Shown one piece after another: positions 10,920 through 20,395 of a DNA stretch of 22,790 nt. The stretch spans positions 1-22,790 of the forward strand of contig JBKHJL010000017.1 in assembly GCA_046538155.1 (NCBI GenBank), read 5' to 3'. The DNA is from Candidatus Micrarchaeia archaeon (lineage in GTDB: Archaea > Micrarchaeota > Micrarchaeia > Anstonellales > Bilamarchaeaceae). The notes under the pieces were generated by a model. It was not told where the DNA came from. It did not search any database and was given only the letters and a program-made list of their open reading frames with translations. The translations under genes were made by a program, and so were the position numbers. How positions within the stretch are numbered: position 1 is the stretch's first letter; each line of letters begins with the position of its first letter.

Positions 10920-11648
10920 ATGAAAAGGATTGCTTTTTCAGCTGTCATCGTTGCTCTTGTTCTTGTTTCAGGCTGTGTTTCCATAGACCTTGAGCAGGAA
11001 CTGAAAAAGGATGGCACATCGGTTGTAACTGAGGAAATAGACCTTTCAGGTTTCATTTCAGCGGCTTCAGAAATGGGAAACGATTCTTCCACTTCTGCTT
11101 CGGATTTTGAGGAAATGGCGCTGGAGGCCTGCGAACCCTTTGAGAGCGACGCGGAAGCAGAATGTACATATTCGCTTTCTGATTACACAATAACTGTTTC
11201 CAAGGAGATTACTCCTGAGGAAGGAGGGTACACATTTACCCGGCAGGCAGAATTTCCGAATGTGGAATATGTTTTCCAGACTGACCAGCTCCCAAAGGTT
11301 GATGTCAACCTTGAGCTTGATGAAGCTGCAGGCGGGGAAGCTCCGGCCATGGAGGATGAAACCATCAGGTTCACTGATTCTGATGCCCCCCAGACTGCTG
11401 CATCCATGAAGATGATGAGTGTTGAGATTACTTACACGATACTCATGCCAGGGGAGATAACCGAAGCCAGGAATGGGATAATAAACGATAAGGGGCAGGC
11501 AGTCTATGATGTGCTTGATCTCATGGAAGAGCAGCAGACAATAAAAGTCACCTCTGAAGAATCGGACCCGGTGGGCGCACTTTGCGGTCCTGCATTTGTT
11601 CTGGCTGCCCTTTTGGGAGCTTCCCTTTTCTCGGTTTTCCGGGAATAA
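10920..11648 (+). CDS. Acidic lipoprotein (LppM/DUF3153-like) with CGP-CTERM-like C-terminal anchor
   Basis: Lipobox-like MKRIAFSAVIVALVLVSGC; PGEITEARNG segment; C-terminal LCGPAFVLAALLGASLFSVFRE. Family similarity is by recall. Confidence 0.7.
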   Translation: MKRIAFSAVIVALVLVSGCVSIDLEQELKKDGTSVVTEEIDLSGFISAASEMGNDSSTSASDFEEMALEACEPFESDAEAECTYSLSDYTITVSKEITPEEGGYTFTRQAEFPNVEYVFQTDQLPKVDVNLELDEAAGGEAPAMEDETIRFTDSDAPQTAASMKMMSVEITYTILMPGEITEARNGIINDKGQAVYDVLDLMEEQQTIKVTSEESDPVGALCGPAFVLAALLGASLFSVFRE

Positions 11649-11712
11649 CCCTCTTTTCTTTTTTCCATCTTACTTTTAAATCTTCATAATCACAATTTTA
11701 GCTGGTGGTAGG

Positions 11713-12939
11713 TTGAAAGCAGTAGTTCTTGCAGGAGGAGAAGGGGTGCGGATGCACCCCCTCACATACACAAGGCCAAAGGCACTTTTGCAGGTAGCGG
11801 GCAAGCCCATTATCTGGCATGTTCTTTCCAGGCTCAGGGAAGCCGGCATCACACAAGCAGGGGTAGTTGTAAAATACAAAAAGGAAATGATTGCTGAATA
11901 TCTCAAGGAAAACAATCTCGGCCTTAACATCACATTTATTGAGCAGGGGGAAAAGCACGGAACAGGTGCCGCTCTCCTGTATGCAGAGAAATTCGCTGAT
12001 GAGGATTTCCTTATGGTCGCAGCGGACAATATCTGCGACCCGGAATTCTACAAAAAAGTGATCTCAGAACACAAGGGAGGAAAGACAATCGCGGTAAAGC
12101 AGGTGGAAAACCCCACCCGCTTTGGTGTTGCAAAAGTGGAAAACTCCCTTATCACTGATTTTATTGAAAAGCCGGAAAACCCCCCTTCCAACCTTGCAAA
12201 TGTTTCAATCTACTGCTTCAGCCCCTCAATTTTCGAAGAACTCAATTCCCTCAAGCCCACTGCACGCGGAGAATATGAAGTTGTTGATGTGTTCAAGGGA
12301 GCAAAAGCGGTTGGGGTGGAGGGGTTCTGGATGGATGCAGGCTATCCCTGGCACCTTTTTGAGCTAAACCAAAAGCTCCTTGAAGACAGTGAAGCATCCG
12401 TAGAGAAAGTGGAAAACTCCAGCATCAATGGAAAAATAATCATGGAGGAAGGGGCGGAAATCCTGGATTCCCACATAGAGGGAACCGCATATATAGGGAG
12501 GAATTCCAAAATCGGCCCCCACTCTTATCTGCGCGGATTTGTTTCCATAGGAGAAAACTGCAATATAGGCGAGTCCACAACAATAAAGGATTCAATTTTA
12601 TTCAACAAAGTAAATGCAAAGCACCTTTCCTACATTGGGGATTCTGTTGTAGGGGAAGGCGTAAATTTTGGGGCAGGCACCCAGATTGCGAATTACCGGT
12701 TTGATGCCCAGCATATAAACGTGCTTACTTCTAGGGGATGGGTTAACTCCGGAAGGAAGAAGCTTGGTTGCATCATTGGGGACAGGGTAAAGTTTGGGGT
12801 GCTTGCCTGCACAATGCCCGGGAAAACAATCGGAAACGATTGCTGGATTGGCTCAAATGTGAACGTCACAAGAAACGTAAAACCAAACACACGCATCTTT
12901 GCGAAACAGGATTACATCTACCAGGAACAGGGTGAGTAG
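11713..12939 (+). CDS. glmU: Bifunctional sugar-1-phosphate nucleotidylyltransferase / acetyltransferase (archaeal GlmU-like)
   Basis: VLAGGEG.RM.PLT..RPK motif; hexapeptide repeats; HLSYIGDS and NFGAGT..AN; TTG start after GGTGGT. Confidence 0.88.
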   Translation: MKAVVLAGGEGVRMHPLTYTRPKALLQVAGKPIIWHVLSRLREAGITQAGVVVKYKKEMIAEYLKENNLGLNITFIEQGEKHGTGAALLYAEKFADEDFLMVAADNICDPEFYKKVISEHKGGKTIAVKQVENPTRFGVAKVENSLITDFIEKPENPPSNLANVSIYCFSPSIFEELNSLKPTARGEYEVVDVFKGAKAVGVEGFWMDAGYPWHLFELNQKLLEDSEASVEKVENSSINGKIIMEEGAEILDSHIEGTAYIGRNSKIGPHSYLRGFVSIGENCNIGESTTIKDSILFNKVNAKHLSYIGDSVVGEGVNFGAGTQIANYRFDAQHINVLTSRGWVNSGRKKLGCIIGDRVKFGVLACTMPGKTIGNDCWIGSNVNVTRNVKPNTRIFAKQDYIYQEQGE

Positions 12940-13677
12940 CTGCACCTGATTGCAGGCATTGACCCCGGAGTTTATACTGCATATGCTGTTTTTGACCTGA
13001 AAGGGGAGCTTGTTGAAGCAGGGTGCGAAAAACAGCTCTCTCATGAGGATTTGGTGCGTACCATATCTTCTCTCGGGAAGCCTTCCCTGATTGCAACAGA
13101 TGTTTCCCCTGCACCGGCTTTTGTGGCAAGGGTTGCCTCCCGTTTTCATGTCCGCCTTTTTGCCCCGGAGAACAATATTCCTGTTAAGGAGAAGAAGAGA
13201 ATAGGAAAAAGCATTCAGAACCCCCATATCCGGGATGCATATGCTGCCGCAGTAAAAGCCTACCGCCAATATGACAATACTCTGAGGAGGATAGAAAACT
13301 CGGATACTGTTCTTGACAAGGATCTTCTCAAGCATCTGTTTCTGCAGGGCCATAAGGTGGCGGATGCCGAATTCATGCTTGCAAAAAAAGGCGAGGAGAA
13401 GCTTAGAAGGGGAGCAAAGCAGGAATCCCCCTCACCAAAAAAGGAGAAGCGCGACCAGCGCGTCCTTTCTCTTCTCAGGGAAAACGAGAATCTCCGCAAG
13501 GCACTGGAATCCGAGAGGCAGGAACGCATGCGCCTGAAGAGCAGGCTGGAGAAATCCCGGTCCTCCAGGAGTACTGAAGTGAGCAGGGACCGGGAGGTGC
13601 AGCGCTTGCAGGGCCAGGTTGCAAGGCTCCAGACGTATATTTCAAGATTAAAGAGAAGGAAGAAGAAAAAGAAGTGA
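12940..13677 (+). CDS. DUF460 (RNase H-fold) protein with basic C-terminal coiled coil; start codon non-canonical/uncertain
   Basis: The frame upstream of the tracked ORF (13051) reads LHLIAGIDPGVYTAYAVFDLKGE, the family's N-terminal GIDPG motif; also LIATDV.PAP and H.RDAYAAA.KAY. Confidence 0.75.
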   Translation: MHLIAGIDPGVYTAYAVFDLKGELVEAGCEKQLSHEDLVRTISSLGKPSLIATDVSPAPAFVARVASRFHVRLFAPENNIPVKEKKRIGKSIQNPHIRDAYAAAVKAYRQYDNTLRRIENSDTVLDKDLLKHLFLQGHKVADAEFMLAKKGEEKLRRGAKQESPSPKKEKRDQRVLSLLRENENLRKALESERQERMRLKSRLEKSRSSRSTEVSRDREVQRLQGQVARLQTYISRLKRRKKKKK

Positions 13678-13750
13678 TGGGGGAACTGAGATTTGAACTC
13701 AGATAACAAGCTCCCAAAGCTTGCAGCTTGCCAGGTTGGCTCATTCCCCC
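13678..13750 (-). tRNA. tRNA-Pro(UGG), 73 nt, CCA not encoded
   Basis: Minus strand folds as acceptor GGGGGAA/TTCCCCC plus discriminator A, anticodon arm CAAGC-TTTGGGA-GCTTG, T arm CTGAG-TTCAAAT-CTCAG. Confidence 0.93.
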
Positions 13751-14145
13751 TAGGTGTTTATTTTTCGCTGGAGGATATAACAGTCCCGTAGTTTTTTTAT
13801 AGTGAATGCCTTTTTTGCATAAAGGTTGAGGGCAGCCATATTTTCCGGCTTCACCTTGAGAAATATATCCTTCCCCTCCTTCTCTGCATACTCGGTTGCG
13901 GTTTCCAGCAGGGCTGTGCCTATTCCCTGTTCCCTCCATTCTCTTTTCACGCCTAGTCCCTGCAGGAGGATTCCTTTCTTATCCAGAACCAAATGCAGAA
14001 ACCCTGCATCTTCCCCTTTTTTTACTGCCAGGAAGTAGATGCTATTTTCGGAAAATGAGGGATTTGCACGTGGGAATATCCCATGGATTATCCGGAATAT
14101 CCTGTTCCTGTCTTTTGACCGGATTATGCTTATTCTGTTGTTCAT
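13750..14145 (-). CDS. GNAT family N-acetyltransferase
   Basis: Motif A GLGVKREWREQGIGTALL and N..A..LY.K..F; ATGA overlap with the upstream gene. Confidence 0.88.
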   Translation of the reverse strand: MNNRISIIRSKDRNRIFRIIHGIFPRANPSFSENSIYFLAVKKGEDAGFLHLVLDKKGILLQGLGVKREWREQGIGTALLETATEYAEKEGKDIFLKVKPENMAALNLYAKKAFTIKKLRDCYILQRKINT

Positions 14146-14753
14146 AAGCTTTCCATCTTTATTCCTACGTGCTCTTTGCTTATATTCAGAACCACTCCCC
14201 TGAGAGTGTTGGCCTGTGGAATCTGGATTACAGTGGTTTCTCCCACCTTTTCCTTACCCTCGATGTTGTGGATGTGTCCACAGGCAATGATTCTCGGTTT
14301 TTTTTCTCCCATTATTTTTTTTATAGAGCTGCTTCCCGCATGCACACCTTCCCCTACATCATCAAGTGTTCCCCCGGGAGGGCAGTGGGTAACAAGTATT
14401 GTTTTATCATCTATCGGCAGATCTCCAATCTCCTCGTATATCTCATCCTCCCCAAGCTCACCAGGGGTTCCAAAAGGCGTGGGAGAGCTGAACCCAAATC
14501 CCACTATTTTCAGGCCCTCCCCTGTTTCCAGCACTTTTTTGTGTATGCACCTTTTCCCCCTGCAGGAATCCCTGGGCTCTATGTTCCCGGGAATCCAGTA
14601 GATGTTTCCTGAAGCAGAAAGGATTTTTTCCCGGTATTCCTCATTGCCTATATCACCGGCCAGAATGACCATATCATACTCGTTTGCGATAGCCCTTAGC
14701 CGGTCCAGGACATTTTCCTCCCCGTGCAGGTCTGCAAGAAGAAGAATTTTCAT
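14142..14753 (-). CDS. Calcineurin-like metallophosphoesterase
   Basis: DLHG, GD, GN, THCPP and GHIH motifs; alternative GTG start at 14762. Confidence 0.9.
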   Translation of the reverse strand: MKILLLADLHGEENVLDRLRAIANEYDMVILAGDIGNEEYREKILSASGNIYWIPGNIEPRDSCRGKRCIHKKVLETGEGLKIVGFGFSSPTPFGTPGELGEDEIYEEIGDLPIDDKTILVTHCPPGGTLDDVGEGVHAGSSSIKKIMGEKKPRIIACGHIHNIEGKEKVGETTVIQIPQANTLRGVVLNISKEHVGIKMESL

Positions 14754-14758
14754 CACAA

Positions 14759-15583
14759 TCACTTCTTTTTTGCCTGTTCCAGCACATCATTCAACCGCTT
14801 CTCAAACCTGTCCTTTACCTGCGGCCCAATGAACCGTTTTGTGTAGGAGTCGGCTTTTGCAGCAAGGGTTATCTTTGTTGCAAGTGCCCTTGCAATCTTG
14901 CCCCTTACCCGTTTGGGGGACGTTGAAATTGAAGCGTGCTGGAATATCAGGCCGTGTTTTGGAGGGGATATTCCCTTGTTCCTCAGGTGCTTGAAAAGGG
15001 CTTTTTCTGCACCCAGGACCTGCACGGTGCTTGCCGGCATGTCTGCAAGTTTTCTTAATCCTCCGGCGGCCGCAACAAGCTTTCCTGCCAGTTTTGCACC
15101 AATCAGGTATCTCAGGTTGGGACAGACTTCCTGTGCAACGTCATCCAGGTATTTTTCATGGCGGTTCATCAGCGAATAAATGTTTTCAATTTCCTCTGCC
15201 ATTTTCTGCATATTCTGGACGTCCTTTTCTGTGAAATCGCCTCCGATGCTCTCCTTTCCTTTCTCAGCTATCTGCCTTGCCCTGCCTTCCCCAACGTACT
15301 TTGAAATTTCTTCTTCGTTTACATTTTCCCTTTTTATGCTGGCCACAATAAGTGCATAATTCCTCCGGTCTTTTACATCAAGCTCCGGAAAGTAAAGTCC
15401 GTATATCTCTTCAAGGCGCTCCCCCAGCTGGTTTGCAACCCGCTCTTCCTCTTCTATGCAGTTTGAGAGGTAGGCGAGATACATGTCCCTGCTTTTCAGC
15501 ACTTCGGTTGTCTTTTCTTTTGCCTTCTTTACATATTTTGAGCGGTCGATGCCCGCCCCAAACTTTCCTTTTTTCCGTCCCAT
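14759..15583 (-). CDS. nop5: Nop5 (Nop56/58 family) box C/D sRNP core protein, short form
   Basis: ERLEEIYGLYFPEL, PASTVQVLGAEKALF, PPKHGLIFQH and RGKIARALA.K..LAA..D motifs; GGTGG before ATG. Confidence 0.93.
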   Translation of the reverse strand: MGRKKGKFGAGIDRSKYVKKAKEKTTEVLKSRDMYLAYLSNCIEEEERVANQLGERLEEIYGLYFPELDVKDRRNYALIVASIKRENVNEEEISKYVGEGRARQIAEKGKESIGGDFTEKDVQNMQKMAEEIENIYSLMNRHEKYLDDVAQEVCPNLRYLIGAKLAGKLVAAAGGLRKLADMPASTVQVLGAEKALFKHLRNKGISPPKHGLIFQHASISTSPKRVRGKIARALATKITLAAKADSYTKRFIGPQVKDRFEKRLNDVLEQAKKK

Positions 15584-15610
15584 AGTTATCCACCTGCTTT
15601 TTTTGCAGAG

Positions 15611-16741
15611 CTATGCTTTGTGGTTGGTTTCCCACATTTTTCTGGCAAGCTTTCCATCATACATGAGCCTGTCAACATCCGCATTTTCCCGCATTTCCCT
15701 GTGCTTTGCAAGGAAAACGTTCAGCTTGTCCACAAGGATTTGCTTTAGTTCTCCGGTAAGCAGCTTGCCGGAGGTATATTCGGATTCGATACGTTTTAAT
15801 TCCTTATCGTTTGGCTCAAAAAGCATTTTCAGCCACTGGAAACTCACATCAACGTTAACATCCCCGCCTTTTTCACGGTGCCCCTCAATTGTTTCCTGCC
15901 CACCTGAAAATGCATATTTCATTACTTTTTTGCGCACGGTTTTCTCATCATCCGTGAGCCATATTGCGCTTTCCTTTTGGCTTGCACTCATCTTTCCCTC
16001 CATACCCTGGAGGGGGGGGAAGAACTTGGAGTGTATTGCAGCAGTTTTATAGAATCCCAGCGATTCTGCAATGTCTCTTTGTATCCTCCAATAGGGGTCC
16101 TGGTCAATTGCAGCAGGAATCAGACATCTTTTTTTCTCAAAAAAAGTCGGGACTGCCTGGTAGGCAGGGTACTGTACCATTCCTATGTTGGTTTCGTTTG
16201 TAAAGCCGAATACTGCTTTTGCAGTGGAAAAGGTAATCTTCCTCGCAGTCTGCATCAGCAAAGGGTAAACATTTGCCGCATATTCGCTGTCCTTGAATAT
16301 GAACGTGCGGTCCGGGTCAAACCCAACAGCTGCAATGTCTGCAATGTTCTCTGCAGAGTGCTTCTGCACATCCTCCCATTTCAGGTTCTTTTTGTGGAGG
16401 AATTTCTCATCATCTGTAATTTCTATGTAAAGGTTTACTTTAAACCTGTCCTGGAGCCATTTTGTAAAGACAAGGGGAATCAGGTGCCCGATATGCATAT
16501 CCCCGGAAGGCCCCCTTCCAGTATAAAGGAAAAAACCCTTCCCGGCTTCATAGTCCTTCAGCACAAGGTCCAAATCCCGGTGTGAAAAGAAGAAATCCCG
16601 CTTCAGCATCACGTTGTCCTCCCCGGCAAGGGAAACCAGTTTTTCCCTCAGCCCAGGGGAAATCTTTTTTGTTCCGAATTCCTCAACTAATTTATCATAA
16701 TCTACTGAGCCGGTTACTTCCCATGGTGTTACTGTTGCCAT
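15611..16741 (-). CDS. trpS: Tryptophan--tRNA ligase, archaeal/eukaryote-like
   Basis: VTPWEV, YTGRGPS, HIGH, AIDQDPY, KMSAS and KYAFSGG motifs; ATG 16741 supported by TTATAA at 16766-16771. Confidence 0.97.
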   Translation of the reverse strand: MATVTPWEVTGSVDYDKLVEEFGTKKISPGLREKLVSLAGEDNVMLKRDFFFSHRDLDLVLKDYEAGKGFFLYTGRGPSGDMHIGHLIPLVFTKWLQDRFKVNLYIEITDDEKFLHKKNLKWEDVQKHSAENIADIAAVGFDPDRTFIFKDSEYAANVYPLLMQTARKITFSTAKAVFGFTNETNIGMVQYPAYQAVPTFFEKKRCLIPAAIDQDPYWRIQRDIAESLGFYKTAAIHSKFFPPLQGMEGKMSASQKESAIWLTDDEKTVRKKVMKYAFSGGQETIEGHREKGGDVNVDVSFQWLKMLFEPNDKELKRIESEYTSGKLLTGELKQILVDKLNVFLAKHREMRENADVDRLMYDGKLARKMWETNHKA

Positions 16742-16851
16742 ATTTTCTTCTTGTTTCAATATCTATTATAATCTATTGCAAACCCTGATTTTTGGCAGAT
16801 GGTTCCGCACCATCAAACATTTTATAAGCCATATTGGATAATCACAAAGCA

Positions 16852-18189
16852 ATGTTCACTCCAAAAGTAAGGCTCAGGCGCGAGTTTGGGCTGCTCAGCG
16901 CAACCGTTTTTGGAGTTTCCCTCATTGTGGGCGCAGGGATATATACTATTATAGGGGTGGCAACTTCTGTAGCAGGGAGTGGAATCTGGCTCTCTTTCCT
17001 TGCTGCTGCAATAATTGCACTTTTTACAGGCCTGAGCTATGCAGAGCTTGCTTCAATGTTTCCTCGTACAGGAGCATCTTTCGTATATGTACTGGAGGCA
17101 TTCAGGAACCGTCTGCTTGGGTTTGTTGCAGGCTGGCTTGTGATGTTTGAGGTGATGGTCTCGGTTGCAGCGATAGCCCTGGCATTCGGGGGCTATCTGG
17201 CTTCAGTCCTGCCTGTGCCGATTCTGATAAGTGCATTTGGGGTAATTGCTTTCTTCTCCCTGGTGAATATAATAGGGATAAAGGAATCCATCCGCCTGAA
17301 CATAATGATGTTCCTGATGGAGATAGGCGGGCTGCTCTTCATTATTGCTGCAGGGTTTCTTTTCGGGGGCATACAGATGGATTTTATGGATTTCACCATC
17401 CCATCTATTTTCGGGGGTGCTGCCCTTGTTTTCTTTGCAATGATTGGATTTGATATGATTGCGGAGGAGACTGAGGAAACAAAAGATGCAAGACGCACAA
17501 TTCCAAAAGCCATAATTTTATCAATCCTCATCTGCGGGGTACTGTATGTTCTGTTTGCAATAGCAGCGCTCATGCTTGTTGGGCCGGAACTCCTGGGCGC
17601 TTCCACAGCCCCGGTAAAGGACATCGTTGTTCCCCTCCTTGGTGAATACTCTTATATATTCGCTTTCATCGCACTTGCCTCAACTGCAAATACGGTGATG
17701 ATTTGCCTGATTACATCCTCAAGGCTCCTTTACGGGATTTCCAAGGAGCGGGCAATCCCTGGACTGTTTTCCAAGGTGAACAAGCGGTTCAGCACCCCGC
17801 ATTTTGCAATATTTCTTTCTTTTGCGGTTTCCGTGCTTTTCCTGCTACTTGCGGACCTGGCGGTTGTTGCGGAGATTGCGAACTTTGCCGCCCTTGCTGT
17901 ATTTACCATGGTGAATCTGAGCGCAATACAGCTCAGGCTGGAGAAGCCCAAGGCAAAAAGGGCATTCAAAATCCCCTTCTCAATTGGCAGAGTGCCAATC
18001 ATCCCGGTGCTTGGCGCACTCTTTTCAGTTTTCCTGATTTCCTTCCTTTCTGCTGATGTGTTGGTATATGGCTCCCTTGTTCTGGCAGCAGGCGCAATAG
18101 TGTACCTGGTCCAGGGCAGAAAAAAGGCCCCGACTGAAAAAACAATAGAGAAGAAGCAGGAGCTAAGAGAGGAGGCTGAAAAGGGATAA
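16852..18189 (+). CDS. APC family amino acid permease
   Basis: IVGAGIY, SYAELASMFP.TG, GF....EE, SRLLY....ER.IP motifs; about 12 TM segments; TTTATAA at 16821-16827. Confidence 0.92.
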   Translation: MFTPKVRLRREFGLLSATVFGVSLIVGAGIYTIIGVATSVAGSGIWLSFLAAAIIALFTGLSYAELASMFPRTGASFVYVLEAFRNRLLGFVAGWLVMFEVMVSVAAIALAFGGYLASVLPVPILISAFGVIAFFSLVNIIGIKESIRLNIMMFLMEIGGLLFIIAAGFLFGGIQMDFMDFTIPSIFGGAALVFFAMIGFDMIAEETEETKDARRTIPKAIILSILICGVLYVLFAIAALMLVGPELLGASTAPVKDIVVPLLGEYSYIFAFIALASTANTVMICLITSSRLLYGISKERAIPGLFSKVNKRFSTPHFAIFLSFAVSVLFLLLADLAVVAEIANFAALAVFTMVNLSAIQLRLEKPKAKRAFKIPFSIGRVPIIPVLGALFSVFLISFLSADVLVYGSLVLAAGAIVYLVQGRKKAPTEKTIEKKQELREEAEKG

Positions 18190-18216
18190 TCTCTTTTCTG
18201 CTTGCCGACGGATGCT

Positions 18217-18250
18217 CAAAACCTTTTTAAACCCCTATCTTCATATATAT
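18217..18250 (+). promoter_or_regulatory. Putative 23S rRNA promoter
   Basis: CAAAACC followed by TTTTTAAA (18224-18231); second AT box TATATAT (18244-18250). Confidence 0.55.
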
Positions 18251-20355
18251 CCTTCACCCTTTATTGGGTGCGAGTGCCCTCTCAACGATGGCGCGATGAC
18301 CTAATTATCTGGCTCTTTTGAGCTTAGGTTTTCCCATCTTTGATGGGATGCCGGACCTTGTGTCCGTATGAGTGCGAAGTGATAGCCATAGAGTTTGGAT
18401 ATGTTCAACCTGCATAGTGGATGACTGGGCTGATGCCAGCATGCCCACGTGGTAAGCTGCGATATGCCTGGGTTAGGTGCACGCAACCTTTGACCCCAGG
18501 ATTTGGGTGTATGCCCCTCGGGCAACTGAGGCGCATAGCTACCCCGGGAATTGAAACATCTTAGTACCGGGTGGAAGAGAAACCAATTGGGATTCGGTTA
18601 TTAAGGGTGACTGAAAGCCGAATAGACCGAGCTGAATTCCCTTCAGTGATGGAGGGGAGATGTGGCGGGGAGTATCCACATTTTGAGCAGAAGTCCCCTG
18701 GAAAGGGGCGCCCCAGCGGGTGACAGCCCCGTATGCAAAGGAGTGTGGAGCGATCCATGAAGAGTACCGTCTGCCGGATAGGAGGCGGGAATATGGGGGT
18801 ATCAACCTCCAAGTCTAAATATTAGGTATCAGACCGATAGCAAATGAGTAACGTGAGTGAACGTTGAAAAGGACCCCGGAAGGGGTGTGAAAAGAACCTG
18901 AAACTATGTAGGGACAGGAAGGCATGGCATTAAAGGGCTGTAGGGCTGCCGAAGTGAATTCCCGAAAGGGTTGGATCGAGGCAGTTTAACCAGTGTTGTG
19001 TCATTCTTCTTGAAGCAAGAGCCATGGAGTTTATTTGTGTGGCAAGGTGAAAGCCGAAGCGAAAGCAAGTGCCCGCAGGTAACAAGGGGCATCCTCAGAA
19101 ATGGGGACCAGTCACACGGATAAGACCCGAAGCCGGCGCGATCTATACGTGAGCAGGGTGAAGCCAACCTGACCGTTGGTGGAAGCCCGCAACTAGTGCT
19201 AGTATATTCTGCTTAGGTGACTCACGCATAGGGGTGATAGGCCAGTCGAGCCCGGCGATAGCGGGTTCCCCCTGAAGTGTATCTCAGTACAGCGTCTCTT
19301 GAAGATGATGTTGAGGTAGAGCACTGAATGGGAAGAGCGGGGTGGAAACACCTCACTTTCCTATCAAACTCCGAATTCAGCATCTCTGTAGACGGAGGCA
19401 GTTGGGTTTTGCGGGGTAAACCTGCAAGCCTGTACGGGAACGACCGTACGTGGGGTTAAGGGCCCCAAGTTCTGGCTAAGTGTTAATCCGAAAGGAATTT
19501 CTATCCGAAGACAGCTGGAAGGTAGGCTTAGAAGCAGCCACCCTCTAACCAACGCGTAATAGCGGACCAGTCGAGGATGCAGATTCTGAAAATTAACGGG
19601 GCTAAGCCAGATCCCGATACCCTACCCGGACCAAAAGTCCATGGAGTAAGGGGGCGACCGGGACGGGCAGAAGCAAGGCGGTAACGTCTTGTGGACTGTT
19701 CTGGTATGAATATCATGGTGTCAGTAGTAGCATATCCAAGCGAGAATCTTGGACGTCTGATAGGGCCCGGTTTCCTCAGCCATGTTCTTCAGCTGAGGGT
19801 TAGCCGATCCTAAGTGCATAGGTAACTCCGATTGCACGAAAGGGAAGCAGGTTAATATTCCTGCGCTGCAAAAGTAGATGCGGCAACGCAAGTTCTGTTC
19901 TTGACGTCTTGGGATAAGCCGAACCGGGGAGACCCGGTCTAACAGCAATACTTCCGTGGAGTCTTATCATGAGGAGAAGCGGACGAAATGCTGGAATGGG
20001 AGCAATCTTTAGCTGATTCCTGAGACCCGTGAAAAGAGAACAGTTCCGATCTTTTGCATTCGTACCTAGAACTAATACAGGTGCCCCTGGCTGAAAAGGC
20101 TCAGACGTGTCAGGACAACCCAGGCAAGGGAACTAGGCAAATTAGTCCCGTACCTTTGGAAGAAGGGATGCCTACCATTTTGTAGATGGTAGGTGGCACT
20201 GACAAGAGATGTGCGACTGTTTACCAAAAACATAGGTCATCGCTAGTTCGAAAGGATGTGTATGATGGCCGACGCCTGCCCACTGCCAGTACCTGAAAGC
20301 CCCGTTCAAGGGGAGGAAGGGCTGGTAAAGAGCGGGGGTAACTCTGACCCTCTTA

Positions 20356-20384
20356 TCGAGGAGTCGGAACGCTCTTCGGGAGAC
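20356..20384 (+). other. 23S intron 1: 29-nt ORF-less BHB intron after E. coli-equivalent position 1927
   Basis: Removal restores CTCTTA|AGGTAG. Canonical BHB: exon stem ACC/GGT, central helix CTCT(20350-53)/GGAG(20379-82), bulges TA|T and AC|A, intron stem CGAGGAGT/GCTCTTCG. Confidence 0.92.
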
Positions 20385-20395
20385 AGGTAGCGTAA

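Noticed and set aside
12937..12939. Genome-wide amber recoding or pyrrolysine
   Set aside because: TAG ends several conserved genes at their expected positions and no pyl genes are in the window.
15483..16788. Long antisense ORFs over trpS and similar ones over other genes
   Set aside because: Opposite well-supported genes, with no motifs of their own.
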